Part shown: one piece after another, positions 8,830-21,630 of the stretch | How the letters are laid out: each line of letters opens with the position of its first letter | Position numbering within the stretch: position 1 is the first letter of the stretch | Assembly: GCA_963745745.1 (NCBI GenBank) | Contig: CAVUYS010000072.1 | Location: 5,167 to 69,166, forward strand | Origin: an uncultured Spirochaetota bacterium | GTDB taxonomy: Bacteria > Spirochaetota > Spirochaetia > SZUA-6 > DRHE01 | Length of the DNA: 64,000 bases | Reading direction: 5' to 3' | Notes under the pieces: generated by a model | What the model was told of the DNA's origin: nothing | What the model saw: the letters and a program-made list of their open reading frames with translations, nothing else | Database searches by the model: none | Translations under genes and position numbers: made by a program

Positions 8830-9554
8830 AGGCCAGCGAGGCCTCCCGCCGGCTCTGCCGCGCGGTGGAAGGACTGTCCTTCGGCCCTCCCGTGGCCCGG
8901 GTGTACAACCCCCTGCGATACGCGAGGAAGGGACACGAAGCCTACCTCGCCCGTTACGGGCAACCTCCCCGCCGGGTGGTCTTCCTGGGCATGAATCCCG
9001 GCCCCTGGGGCATGGCCCAGACCGGCGTGCCCTTCGGCGAGGTGCGGGCCGTGCGCGACTGGCTGGGCATCTGCGTGCCCGTGGACCGGCCGGCGCACGA
9101 GCACCCCCGGCGCCCGGTGCTGGGCTTCGCCTGCCCCCGCAGCGAGGTGAGCGGGCGCCGGTTGTGGGGCCTGATGCGGGAAGTCTTCGGAACGCCCGAG
9201 GCCTTCTTCACCGACCATTTCGTGGCCAACTACTGCCCCCTGCTCTTCCTGGGCGCCGGCGGGGCCAACCTCACCCCGGACCGCCTGCGCGCGGCCGAGC
9301 GGGACCGCCTGTTCGAGCTCTGCGATGTCCACCTGGCCGGCCTCCTGGAGCTGTTCGAGGCGGAGTGGGGCATCGGGGTGGGGCGCTTCGCCGAAGGTTG
9401 CCTGCGGCGGGCCCGGGAGAGGCTCCCCGCCAGGATTTCGGCCCGCCTGCGCCTGGGCGCCATCCCCCACCCCAGTCCCGCCAGCCCCGCGGCCAACCGG
9501 GACTGGGCGGGGAGCGCCCGGCGGGCCCTGGTCGAGCTGGGAGTATGGGCCTGA
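8826..9554 (+). CDS. SMUG1-type (family 3) uracil-DNA glycosylase
   Basis: Motifs seen: FLGMNPGPWGMAQTGVPFG and HPSPASPAANR. The proposed TTG start at 8826 overlaps the upstream stop. The ORF track shows this gene only as the tail of 7971-9554. Confidence 0.8.
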   Translation: MKASEASRRLCRAVEGLSFGPPVARVYNPLRYARKGHEAYLARYGQPPRRVVFLGMNPGPWGMAQTGVPFGEVRAVRDWLGICVPVDRPAHEHPRRPVLGFACPRSEVSGRRLWGLMREVFGTPEAFFTDHFVANYCPLLFLGAGGANLTPDRLRAAERDRLFELCDVHLAGLLELFEAEWGIGVGRFAEGCLRRARERLPARISARLRLGAIPHPSPASPAANRDWAGSARRALVELGVWA

Positions 9555-10387
9555 AAGCGGCGACCCGCGCCCGCACCCCCCGGCTGCGTTCACGCCCGCA
9601 GCCCCCCGCGCCCTTCGCGTTGATCACGGGGGCCAGCCAGGGATTGGGCCGGGCCCTGGCCGAGGCCTGCGCCCGGCGAGGCCGGAACCTGGCGCTGGTC
9701 GCCCTTCCCGGCTCGGGGCTGCCCGGGGCGGCCGCCGCGCTGGCGGCGAGCTACCCGATCCGCGTGGAGCTGCTGGAGACGGATCTGGCCGAAGGCGGCG
9801 GCAGCCAGCGCGTTATGAACTGGCTGGCCCGCCGCCGCGTCCCGGTGGACACCCTGATCAACAACGCGGGCATCAGCCACCACGGACCCTTCCGCCAGGC
9901 TCCGCCCGAACGCCTCAAGGACCTGGTGGACCTGAACATCAGGGCCCTGGTCCTGCTGACCCGCCGGCTGCTGCCCGAGCTGGAGCGCCACCCGCGGGCG
10001 CGCATCCTGAACGTGGCCAGCCTGGCCGCCTTCCACGCCATGCCCCACAAGGCGGTCTACGCGCCCTCCAAGACCTTCGTGCTGAACTTCACCCTGGCGC
10101 TGCGCGAGGAGCTGCGCGGCACCGGCGTGCGGGCCAGCGCCCTGTGTCCGGGAGGCATCCGCACCAACCCCGAGGTGCGCGCGCTCATCGTGGGCCTCGG
10201 GCGCCTGGCCCGCCTGAGCAGCCAGGAGCCCGCGGAGGTGGCCGAGTACGCGCTTCACCAACTGGAACGCGGTCGGGCGGTGATCGTGCCCGGCGCCTTC
10301 AACCGGCTCACGCGCCTGGCCGGCAGCCTGGTGCCCAGGCCGCTGGCGCTGGCCTTCATCCGCCGCCGCCTGCGAGGCCCCGGCTGA
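9545..10387 (+). CDS. SDR-family oxidoreductase
   Basis: Motifs seen: ALITGASQGLGRALA, NNAGI and LNVASLAA...YAPSKTFVLNFT. The ATG at 9545 lies in the frame of ORF 9164-10387. Confidence 0.85.
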   Translation: MGLKAATRARTPRLRSRPQPPAPFALITGASQGLGRALAEACARRGRNLALVALPGSGLPGAAAALAASYPIRVELLETDLAEGGGSQRVMNWLARRRVPVDTLINNAGISHHGPFRQAPPERLKDLVDLNIRALVLLTRRLLPELERHPRARILNVASLAAFHAMPHKAVYAPSKTFVLNFTLALREELRGTGVRASALCPGGIRTNPEVRALIVGLGRLARLSSQEPAEVAEYALHQLERGRAVIVPGAFNRLTRLAGSLVPRPLALAFIRRRLRGPG

Positions 10388-10405
10388 GGCCGCGGTGCAA
10401 TCGCA

Positions 10406-11542
10406 GTGAGCCGGGTCGCCCTGCTGCCCTGCCCCTCCTATGAACCGGCCGCCGTCGAGCGGGCCCTGCGCCGGGGCATCCAGATCCTGGGCGGGATGCG
10501 CCGTTTCGTGCGGCCCGGCGAGCGCATCCTGCTGAAGCCCAACATCCTGACCGGCGCGGCCCCGGAGAAGGCCGTCACTACCCACCCGGTCGTGCTTTCC
10601 ACGCTGGGCGGCCTGCTGCGGGAAGCCGGGGCTTCGGTGGCCTTCGGCGATTCGTCGGGCATCGTCGACTCCCGCCAGGCCGCCGCCGGCTGTGGCCTCT
10701 TGGCCGCCGGGGAGCAGGCCGGCCTGGCCTACGAGGATTTCGACCAGGGCCGGCCCCTGGCCCGTTTCCCCGTGGCCCGCTGCCTGCCGGGCTACGACGG
10801 CATCAGCAGCCTGCCCAAGATGAAGACCCACCAGCTCACCCGCTTGAGCGGCGCGGTGAAGAACCTGTTCGGCTGCATCCCAGGGAGGCTGAAACCCCTG
10901 ATGCACCTGCGCCACCCGGACGTGCTGGACTTCAGCCGTATGTTGGCCGGACTGCACCTCCACCTGAAGCCGCGCCTGCACGTGCTGGATGCCGTGACGG
11001 TCATGGAGGGCAACGGGCCGCGCAACGGCGACCCCCGGGCCCTGGGAGCGCTGCTGCTGTCCGAAGACCCCGTGGCCGCCGACGCCACCTTCTGCCGGCT
11101 GATCGACCTCGACCCCGAGCACGTCCCGACCTGCACGGAAGGAGCCCAGGCCGGGCTGGGCTGCTGGCAGGCGGGGGAAATCGAGCTGAAAGAGGGCATC
11201 CCCGCGGATTTCCTCCTGTCCGATTTCCGGGTGATCCGCCACCGGGTGACGCGAGACGGGCTGCTGCGCTACTACCCGCGCCTCCGGCACCTCCTGTTTG
11301 CCCACCCCGTGATCGACCCGGCGCTGTGCCGGCGCTGCGGAGACTGCGTGCGCGTCTGCCCGGTTCCGGACAAGGCGGTGCGCTTCGAGGAGCGCCGCGA
11401 TCCGCCGGTGTTCGACTACCGCCGCTGCATCCGCTGCTGGTGCTGCCAGGAGTCCTGTCCGCATCGGGCCATCCGCGCCGCCTCCCCCTGGCTGGGCAGG
11501 CTGGCAGGCCTGGGCCGGCCTGCCGGCCTGGGCCGCGCTTGA
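10406..11542 (+). CDS. DUF362 domain protein with C-terminal 2x[4Fe-4S] ferredoxin motif
   Basis: Motifs seen: ILLKPNIL, PKMKTHQLT and VMEGNGP, all typical of DUF362. The C-terminus has CRRCGDCVRVCP and CIRCWCCQESCP. Confidence 0.85.
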   Translation: MSRVALLPCPSYEPAAVERALRRGIQILGGMRRFVRPGERILLKPNILTGAAPEKAVTTHPVVLSTLGGLLREAGASVAFGDSSGIVDSRQAAAGCGLLAAGEQAGLAYEDFDQGRPLARFPVARCLPGYDGISSLPKMKTHQLTRLSGAVKNLFGCIPGRLKPLMHLRHPDVLDFSRMLAGLHLHLKPRLHVLDAVTVMEGNGPRNGDPRALGALLLSEDPVAADATFCRLIDLDPEHVPTCTEGAQAGLGCWQAGEIELKEGIPADFLLSDFRVIRHRVTRDGLLRYYPRLRHLLFAHPVIDPALCRRCGDCVRVCPVPDKAVRFEERRDPPVFDYRRCIRCWCCQESCPHRAIRAASPWLGRLAGLGRPAGLGRA

Positions 11543-11555
11543 ACGCTCTCCCGGC

Positions 11556-11584
11556 TTGACAAACCACTCCCGGCACGGTAGATT
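11556..11584 (+). promoter_or_regulatory. Sigma70-like promoter candidate for the RNHCP-rsgA unit
   Basis: TTGACA (11556-11561), a 17-nt spacer, then TAGATT (11579-11584). It lies in a 244-bp intergenic gap. Confidence 0.4.
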
Positions 11585-11786
11585 TCCCAGTACTACCTGC
11601 TTCAAAGGAGGTCGTTCATGTCCATTGCCGCTCCTCGGGATGCCCTGCAATAGGGAGCGAATCCTTCTTCGCTGAATCTCCCGCCGGTTTCGCCGCTCCC
11701 TGACAGGACATCCATCCAGTACAACTCGTTCTACATCGTAGCAGGACGGCCGTTCGCCGTCCTGCGGGCAACATCGAGGTACTTGA

Positions 11787-12236
11787 ATGGAACATTTTGT
11801 CTGCGGCCACTGTGGGCGCACGGTGCCGCCGAGCCTGTTGGGTTCGCATTACCGCAACCACTGTCCGGCCTGCCTGCGCAGCCTTCACCTGGACATCCGC
11901 ACCGGCGACCGCCGCAGCGGCTGCCGTGGGGTCATGGATCCCATCGGCATCTGGGTCAAGGACAAGCGCGAGTGGGCCCTGCTGCATCGCTGCCGCAAGT
12001 GCGGCTTCATCCGGGCCAACCGCATCGCCGGGGATGACAACGAAGTCCTGCTGCTCACCCTGGCCGCGCTGCCGATGAGCCAGCTGCCCTTCCCCGCCGG
12101 CAGGACCCTGCAGCTGCTGCGAGGAGCGCGAAATCGGGGGAGGCGCATCATGAGCCTGCAGGACTGGGGCTGGAGCGCGGAGCGCGAGGCGGAGGCGGCC
12201 GCGCTGCCGCCGCGGGGCTGCGCCTCGCCCGGGTGA
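11787..12236 (+). CDS. RNHCP domain protein (3' end uncertain)
   Basis: CGHCG...YRNHCPACLRSLH...CRGVMDPIGIW...LLHRCRKCGF is the RNHCP zinc-ribbon pattern. The tail of the ORF (from 12150) actually encodes the rsgA N-terminus in the same frame. Confidence 0.7.
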   Translation: MEHFVCGHCGRTVPPSLLGSHYRNHCPACLRSLHLDIRTGDRRSGCRGVMDPIGIWVKDKREWALLHRCRKCGFIRANRIAGDDNEVLLLTLAALPMSQLPFPAGRTLQLLRGARNRGRRIMSLQDWGWSAEREAEAAALPPRGCASPG

Positions 12237-13225
12237 TCGGGCGGGGCCGCGGGCTGTACGCCCTGAGCGACGGGGAGGACACCCGCCTGGCAGCGGTCTC
12301 CGGGGCCTTCGGCTACCGGGCCGCGCTGCCCTCCGACTATCCGGCCGCCGGGGACTTCGTGGCCTGCCGGGAGGAGCAGGGCACCTGGGTCATCGAACAG
12401 GTGCTCCCGCGCCGGGGCGTGCTCTCCCGCCTGGCGGCGGGACCCAGGGCCGAGGAGCAGGTGCTGGCGGCGAACCTGGACGCGGTATTCCTGGTCTTCG
12501 CCGCCGGCACCCAGCGCGGCTTCCCGCCCCGCCTGGTGGAGCGCCTCTTGGCCCAGGTGCGGGAAAGCGGGGCCGCGCCGCTCATCCTCCTGAACAAGGC
12601 CGACCTGGCGCAGGACCGGAGGGAGCTGCAGGAGCAGGCCGAGTCCTGCGCACCGGGGGTGCCGCTGCTGTTCACCTCCGCCCTGAGCGGGGAGAACCTG
12701 GAGGGCTTGAGGGCGAGCCTGGAGCCCGGCAGGACCTACTACTTCCTGGGCAAGTCAGGGGTGGGCAAGTCCTCCCTGCTCAACGCCCTGTTCGGCAGGG
12801 AGGTGATGCGCACCGCCGAGATCCGGGCCGCGGACGGCCGGGGACGCCACACCACCACCAGCCGGGAGCTGTTCCTCCTTCCCGGCGGGGCCATCCTGGT
12901 GGACTCCCCGGGCCTGCGGGAGGCCGCGCTCTGGGCCGGGGAGGACAGCGTGGAAGACGCCTTCCCGGAGGTGAGCGCCCTGGCCGAAGGGTGCCGCTTC
13001 CGGGACTGCAGCCACGAGGGGGAGCCGGGCTGCGCCGTGCAGGAAGCGCTGGTCGAGGGCAGCCTGGAGCTGGGCCGCTACGAGAGCTACCTGGCCTTTC
13101 GGCGGGAGGCCCGCTACCACCGCCTGCGCGGCGACCAGAACGCCCAGCGCGTGGAACGGCTGCGATGGAAGAAGATCGCCAAGTCGGTGAAGGAGTTGTA
13201 TCGGGAGAGGGGGAAACCCGGCTGA
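12150..13225 (+). CDS. rsgA: Ribosome small-subunit-dependent GTPase A (one frameshift near 12205)
   Basis: MSLQDWGW... then LARVIGRGRGLYAL in the next frame. Further motifs: LNKADL, GKSGVGKSSLLNAL, DSPG and the zinc motif CRFRDCSHEGEPGC. Confidence 0.85.
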
Positions 13226-13249
13226 GCGGGGAGCCGCGCCTTACCCGCC

Positions 13250-14236
13250 TTACCGCCCCGGGGAGCCCTCCGGAGGACCCTCTGCAGGTTCCTGCGCCGC
13301 CTCGGCGCCCGCTTCGGCCGCCGGGGCTCCCGCCCCCAGGGGGGCCCGCCGGCGCGCCAGCCGGCTCTCCAGCACCGCGTAGAGGATCAGGGCCAGGACC
13401 GTGGCGAAAAAGGGCATGGCCAGCAGGAGCCCGGCCGGGATGCTGGAGGTGGTCTGCAGCAGGTTGCTCAGGTACTCCACGAAGCCGAACACCAGGGAGC
13501 CGATCAGGATGCCCAGGGGCGTGCGGTTGCCCAGGTAGATGATCACCAGGGCGATCCAGCCCCGCCCGGAGGTGACGTTGGGCACGAAGGCGCCCAGCGT
13601 CAAGGTCAGGGAGGCGCCCCCCAGGGCGCAGGCGAAGCCCGAGATCAGCAGCGCGGCGATGTGCATCCCGCGCACGTTGATGCCCAGCGCCCGCGAGGCC
13701 TCCGGGTCCTGGCCGACGGCCCGCAGCCGCATGCCGAACGGCAGGCGGTAGATGACCAGGTAGGCCGCCCCCAGCAGGACCCAGGAAAAGTAGGTGAGCA
13801 GGTTGTGGCCCGACAGCAGCTCGCCCAGGACGGGGATGGAGGAGATCCCGGGGATGACCAGCGGCTCCAGGGTCGGCATGCCGGGGAAGGTCACCGAACC
13901 GGTCTGGCCGTAAATCTTGAAGGAGAGCACGATCGAGAGCGCCGCGGCCAGCAGGTTGGTGGCCAGCCCGCAGATGAAGATGTTGGCCCGCAGCCCCAGA
14001 GCGATGCCGCCGAAAACGGCGGTGAGCAGGAGGGTGGCCGCCACGCCCGCCAGCACCCCCAGGAACAGGTTGCCGGTGGCCACGGTGAACACCACGGAGA
14101 AGAACGCCGAGTTCAGCATCAGGCCCTCGAGGGCGATGTTCAGCATGCCCGCCAGGGAGGAGAACAAGCCGCCGGTGGCGGCCAGCAGGAACGGGGTCAT
14201 GATGGCGATGGTGTCGCCGATGGCCTGCAGGCTCAC
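13250..14236 (-). CDS. ABC transporter permease (BMP/nucleoside-type, second permease)
   Basis: The GTG start at 14236 overlaps the upstream stop (GTGA). The 328-aa polytopic protein contains NIALEGLML and RLRAVGQDPEASRALGINV. Confidence 0.9.
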   Translation of the reverse strand: MSLQAIGDTIAIMTPFLLAATGGLFSSLAGMLNIALEGLMLNSAFFSVVFTVATGNLFLGVLAGVAATLLLTAVFGGIALGLRANIFICGLATNLLAAALSIVLSFKIYGQTGSVTFPGMPTLEPLVIPGISSIPVLGELLSGHNLLTYFSWVLLGAAYLVIYRLPFGMRLRAVGQDPEASRALGINVRGMHIAALLISGFACALGGASLTLTLGAFVPNVTSGRGWIALVIIYLGNRTPLGILIGSLVFGFVEYLSNLLQTTSSIPAGLLLAMPFFATVLALILYAVLESRLARRRAPLGAGAPAAEAGAEAAQEPAEGPPEGSPGR

Positions 14237-15273
14237 CCGTTCAACCTCCGCCGGAAAAAAGCCATCGCCGCCTCGGCGGTGATGAGGTAGAAGATCACCG
14301 ACTGGATGATCGCCGCCAGCTCGAAGGTCACGTCCGAGTTGATCATGGCCGCCTTGGCCCCGGCGGACAGGTAGGCGTACAGCAGCGCGGCGGGGACCAC
14401 GGCCAGCGGGTTGTTGCGGGCGATCAGGGCCACGGCGATCCCGTTCCAACCCAGGCCGGCGGTCAGGTCGGTGAAGCAGGACTGGTAGCGGCCCACGACC
14501 TGCACCGCGCCGCCCAGGCCGGTGAGCCCGCCGGAAAGGACCAGGGGCAGCACGAAGTACTGGCCGACGTTGATCCCGCCGTAGCGGGCGAACTGCCGGT
14601 TGGAGCCGGAGGCCCGCAGCTCGTAGCCCAGGTGCGTGCGGTAGACCAGGAAATACACCGCGCCCGCGGCGGCCAGGGCCAGCAGCAGGCCGGAGTGCAG
14701 GAACGACGGCGGGGCCAGGCGGGCCAGCATGAAGCGGGCCGGTATGGACACCGACTCGATGGTCATTTTCTGCGGGTTGCGCAGGGGTCCGAGGATCAGG
14801 TAGTTGATCACGTAGACCACGCCGCTGGACAGCAGGTAGGTGGTCAGCAGCTCGCTGACGTTCCAGCGCCGGCGCAGCACCCCGGAGAAGCCCGCCAGCA
14901 GCCCCCCGGCCAGGGTCCCGCCGGCCAGGATGGCCAGGACCCCGAGGGCCCGGGGCGCGGCAGGGATGGCGATCCCCAGGACCACGGCCACGAGGGCGCC
15001 GGAGAAGATCTGCCCTTCCCCCCCCAGGTTGGTCACCCCGCTGTTGAAGGCCAGGGCGATGCCCAGCCCGGTGAACATCAGGGGAACGCTGGATTCCAGC
15101 ATGTTGAACAGGGCGTAGCGGCTCAGGAAGGGCCCGAGGAAGTAGTAGTACAGAGTCTGGCCCGGGTTCTTCGAGAAGACGAAGATCAGGGCCACGGCGA
15201 TGGCGAAGGAGGCCAGGATGGCGGCCAGCACCGTGAGGAAGGAGGCCAGCCCGAGCTGGCGGTTGCGGTTCAC
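14233..15273 (-). CDS. ABC transporter permease (BMP/nucleoside-type, first permease)
   Basis: Intact 346-aa polytopic ORF containing TNLGGEGQIFSGA and ELRASGSNRQFARYGGINV. Confidence 0.9.
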   Translation of the reverse strand: MNRNRQLGLASFLTVLAAILASFAIAVALIFVFSKNPGQTLYYYFLGPFLSRYALFNMLESSVPLMFTGLGIALAFNSGVTNLGGEGQIFSGALVAVVLGIAIPAAPRALGVLAILAGGTLAGGLLAGFSGVLRRRWNVSELLTTYLLSSGVVYVINYLILGPLRNPQKMTIESVSIPARFMLARLAPPSFLHSGLLLALAAAGAVYFLVYRTHLGYELRASGSNRQFARYGGINVGQYFVLPLVLSGGLTGLGGAVQVVGRYQSCFTDLTAGLGWNGIAVALIARNNPLAVVPAALLYAYLSAGAKAAMINSDVTFELAAIIQSVIFYLITAEAAMAFFRRRLNG

Positions 15274-16823
15274 GCGCCGCGCTCCGCGGCGTCCTGGCGC
15301 CGGAGGCCGAGCATGTAGCCGCCCAGGAACTCCCGGTCCAGGCCCTCGTTGCGGAAGCAGCCGGCCACCTCGCCCCTGTACAGCACCGCCACCGTGTCGG
15401 AAAGGGCCAGGACCTCATCGAGGTTGGAGGAGATCAGCAGGATCGCCGTGCCCGCGTCGCGCATGGCCACGATTTCCCGGTAGACGAACTCCGAGGACAG
15501 GATGTCCAGGCCCCAGGTGGGCTCGGAGATCACCAGCAGCCCCGGTTTCCCGGAGAGCTCCCGGGACAGCACCGCCCGCTGGATGTTGCCCCCCGACAGC
15601 ATCCGGATGGGGGCGCTCATGTGCCCCTTGATGTCGAAGCGGTGGATGAGATCGCGGGAGAAATCGGCGATCGTCCGCCGCCGCAGGATCCCGTTCCAGA
15701 GGAAATGATGATGGTCCTTCACGATCAGGTTGTCGGAAAGCTTCATGGAAAGCGAGGAGCCGCGATGCAGGCGGTCGGCCGGCACGTAGGCCAGCCCCAG
15801 CCGCCGCAGGCGCGCGGAGGAGGCGCCGAGGATGTCCCGGCCGTCCAGGCTGACCTCGCCCTGCAGCTGCCCGGCGGGAGTCATGCCCGTCAGGGCGTCC
15901 TCCAGCTCGGCCAACCCGTTGCCGGCGACCCCCGCCACGCCGAGGATCTCCCCCGAGCGGATGTCCAGGCTGACCTGCTTCAACAGCGGCCGGGGCGATA
16001 GCGGGGAGAGCAGGGTCAGCCCCCGCACGCTCAAGCGCGGCCGCCCCGGGGCGAAGGGGCCTTTGCGCACCTGCAGCAGCACCTCCTTGCCCACCATCAT
16101 CCGCGCCAGGCTGGCGGGGTCCGCCTCCGCCGCCCCGCGGGTGTCCACCACCTGCCCGCCGCGCATGACGGTGACCCGGTCGGCGATCTGGCCGACCTCC
16201 TCCAGCTTGTGGGTGATGATGACGATGGTGTGCCCCAGGCGCTTCAACTGGCGCAGCACCTCGAAGAACGCGCGCACTTCCTGCTCGGTGAGCAGCGAGG
16301 TCGGCTCGTCGAGGACCAGCACCCGGGAACCGCGGTACAGGATCCTCAGGATCTCCACCCGCTGCTTCTGGCCGACGCTCAGGGAGGCCACCGACGCATC
16401 CGGGTCGACCTCCAGGCCGTAGCGCCCGGCCAGCTCCCGCACCAGGCGGCGGCTGCCTTCCCGGTCGAAGAACCGCAGCCGCGAGCGCGGCTCGCGCATG
16501 AGCACGATGTTCTCGGCGACCGTGAAGCCGTCGATCAGGCAGAAGCGCTGGTGCACCATGCCGATGCCCAGGCGATCCGCGTCCGCGGTGGAGCGGATGC
16601 GGACCGGGGCGCCGCGGAACAGGATGGCCCCCCGATCCGCCGACTCCAGACCGCAGAGAATGCGCATCAGGGTGGTCTTGCCCGCCCCGTTCTCGCCCAC
16701 CAGGGCGTGGATCTCCCCCTCGACCAGGGCGAAGTGGACGTCGCGGTTGGCGGTGACGCCGTTGTCGGCGAACCGCTTGGTGACTCCCCGCAGCTCCAGC
16801 AGGAAGGGATCGGGACCCGGCAC
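15270..16823 (-). CDS. ABC transporter ATP-binding protein with duplicated ATPase domains
   Basis: 517 aa. Motifs seen: GENGAGKTTL, LSVGQKQRVEILR, LVLDEPTS, and in the second domain LSGGNIQRAVLSREL. Confidence 0.92.
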   Translation of the reverse strand: MPGPDPFLLELRGVTKRFADNGVTANRDVHFALVEGEIHALVGENGAGKTTLMRILCGLESADRGAILFRGAPVRIRSTADADRLGIGMVHQRFCLIDGFTVAENIVLMREPRSRLRFFDREGSRRLVRELAGRYGLEVDPDASVASLSVGQKQRVEILRILYRGSRVLVLDEPTSLLTEQEVRAFFEVLRQLKRLGHTIVIITHKLEEVGQIADRVTVMRGGQVVDTRGAAEADPASLARMMVGKEVLLQVRKGPFAPGRPRLSVRGLTLLSPLSPRPLLKQVSLDIRSGEILGVAGVAGNGLAELEDALTGMTPAGQLQGEVSLDGRDILGASSARLRRLGLAYVPADRLHRGSSLSMKLSDNLIVKDHHHFLWNGILRRRTIADFSRDLIHRFDIKGHMSAPIRMLSGGNIQRAVLSRELSGKPGLLVISEPTWGLDILSSEFVYREIVAMRDAGTAILLISSNLDEVLALSDTVAVLYRGEVAGCFRNEGLDREFLGGYMLGLRRQDAAERGA

Positions 16824-16845
16824 TGCGCGCGGTCTGCTTGCTGCT

Positions 16846-17955
16846 CTATTGCCCCACCGAGGCGTTGTGGATCTTGTCCAGCACCGCCTGCGGCACGGGC
16901 AGGGAAAGCTCGCCGGACAGCACGCGGTTGTACAGCTCCTCGAACCTCTTGCGGGCGGCCTCCGGGACGGCGCTCACCCAGCCGGGGGCGCGCAGCGGCA
17001 CGGTCACGTAACCCTGCCGCAGGCCCACCACGTCCGGCTTGCCCCAGGGGATCTTGCCGTCGGCCAGCTTCTGCAGAATGTCGAAGGACAGCTCGGAGTT
17101 CTGGGCGGTCACGCTGCCGACGACCGTACCGGGGGCCTTGTCGAAGGCGGCCACGTCGTAATAGACCACGTAGCTCTTGCGGTTGGCGGCGGCCCTCAGG
17201 ACCCCCGGGTTTCCGCTGCCGGCGATGGCTCCCAGGCAGTCCACCCCCGCGTCGATGAGGTTGCTGGCCAGAGACTCGGCCTTCTTGGCGTCAAACCAGT
17301 TGCCCAGCATGGCGGACTTCAGCTCGAAGCCCGGGTCCAGGGCCTTGGCCCCCTCCAGCATGCCGGGCATGATCAGATCGTCCATCATGGTGTAATGCTG
17401 CCCGAACACCAGGCCGATCAGCTTGTCCGGGTTGGTGCCCTCCATGCCGCTCTGCGACACCAGGGCCATCATGTAGCCGTACAGGAAGGACTGCTCGTAC
17501 TTGTTCACGAAGGCCGTGTAGATCCGCTCGTGGCCGCGGACATAGGCGTCGTTGACCAGGAACTTCACCTTCGGCACCTGCTGCGCCGCCTGCCAGGCCA
17601 GGCCGCCCATGACCTCGTTGGAGGTGTAGACCACGTCGTATTTCCCCGACGCGGCGAAGGAGACCAGCTGCTCGATCCACTTGGACTGGTCGAAGCCGGC
17701 CTCGAAGGTGTTCACCAGCTTCACCCGGGGGTCGCGCAGGCTGAAGCGCTCCGCCGCCCCGGCCAGCCCGTCGTACGGGGGGCTGTCTCCCAGGCGACCG
17801 GGCACGAATACGCCCAAGCGGATCGGCTGCTCGGCCGTGGGCGCCGCCGGAGCTTCCGGGGCCGCCGGGGGAGCGGACTCCTGACCGCCGGAGCCGAAAC
17901 CCAGCGCCGCGACCATCGCCAGCAGCGCAGCTATCAGCAAGGTTCTGATTTTCAT
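16846..17955 (-). CDS. BMP-family (PnrA/Med-like) ABC substrate-binding lipoprotein
   Basis: 369 aa with signal peptide MKIRTLLIAALLAMVAALGFGSGG. It has a BMP-type fold pattern and is the first gene of the four-gene transporter operon. Confidence 0.88.
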   Translation of the reverse strand: MKIRTLLIAALLAMVAALGFGSGGQESAPPAAPEAPAAPTAEQPIRLGVFVPGRLGDSPPYDGLAGAAERFSLRDPRVKLVNTFEAGFDQSKWIEQLVSFAASGKYDVVYTSNEVMGGLAWQAAQQVPKVKFLVNDAYVRGHERIYTAFVNKYEQSFLYGYMMALVSQSGMEGTNPDKLIGLVFGQHYTMMDDLIMPGMLEGAKALDPGFELKSAMLGNWFDAKKAESLASNLIDAGVDCLGAIAGSGNPGVLRAAANRKSYVVYYDVAAFDKAPGTVVGSVTAQNSELSFDILQKLADGKIPWGKPDVVGLRQGYVTVPLRAPGWVSAVPEAARKRFEELYNRVLSGELSLPVPQAVLDKIHNASVGQ

Positions 17956-17975
17956 GTTTCCTCCTCGAGCCGACC

Positions 17976-18004
17976 AGTGTAGAACATCCGGCGGCAGCCG
18001 TCAA
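17976..18004 (-). promoter_or_regulatory. Sigma70-like promoter candidate for the ABC transporter operon
   Basis: On the minus strand: TTGACG (18004-17999), a 17-nt spacer, then TACACT (17981-17976). This is followed by GAGGAGG and the ATG at 17955. Confidence 0.4.
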
Positions 18005-18011
18005 ATGCCGC

Positions 18012-18427
18012 CTAATCCGGCTCCGGCTTTTGGGCGCGCAGGCGCTTGTCCTGGGAGCGGCGCCTCTTGGCCGAGAGGCGCCGCTCGCGGGAGCCGGCCG
18101 AGGGGCGGGTGGGTCGCCGGCGGTGAGGCTCGCGCAGGGCGGCGGCCAGCAGGGCGGCCAGGCGGCGGACGGCGATCTCCCGGTTGCGGGCCTGGTCGCG
18201 GGTGTCCCGCACGCTCAACTGCAGCAGGCCCTCGGCGTTCACCCTGCGGCCCAGGCGCGCGGCCAGGCGGGCCCGGGCTTCCGCCGCGAGGCCCGGCAGG
18301 GCGGCCAGGGGCAGGCGGGCGGTGACGCGCGAGGAGACCTTGTTCACGTTCTGTCCGCCCGGCCCGCCGGCGCGGCTGAAGTGGAACTCGGCCAGCCGGC
18401 GCACCAGCTCCTCCAGCTCCCGGGGGT

Positions 18428-18431
<4 letters not shown>
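18012..18431 (-). CDS. arfB: Alternative ribosome-rescue factor ArfB (GGQ peptidyl-tRNA hydrolase)
   Basis: [34 protein letters not shown], followed by a basic C-terminal tail. The ATG overlaps the carB stop (ATGA). Confidence 0.85.

Positions 18432-21622
<3,191 letters not shown>

Positions 21623-21630
<8 letters not shown>

Noticed and set aside
9590-11821. 743-aa ORF on the minus strand spanning the SDR and DUF362 genes
   Set aside because: It is antisense to two well-supported genes. Its Arg/Gly/Ala/Pro-rich low-complexity translation is typical of shadow ORFs in very high-GC DNA. No recognisable motifs.
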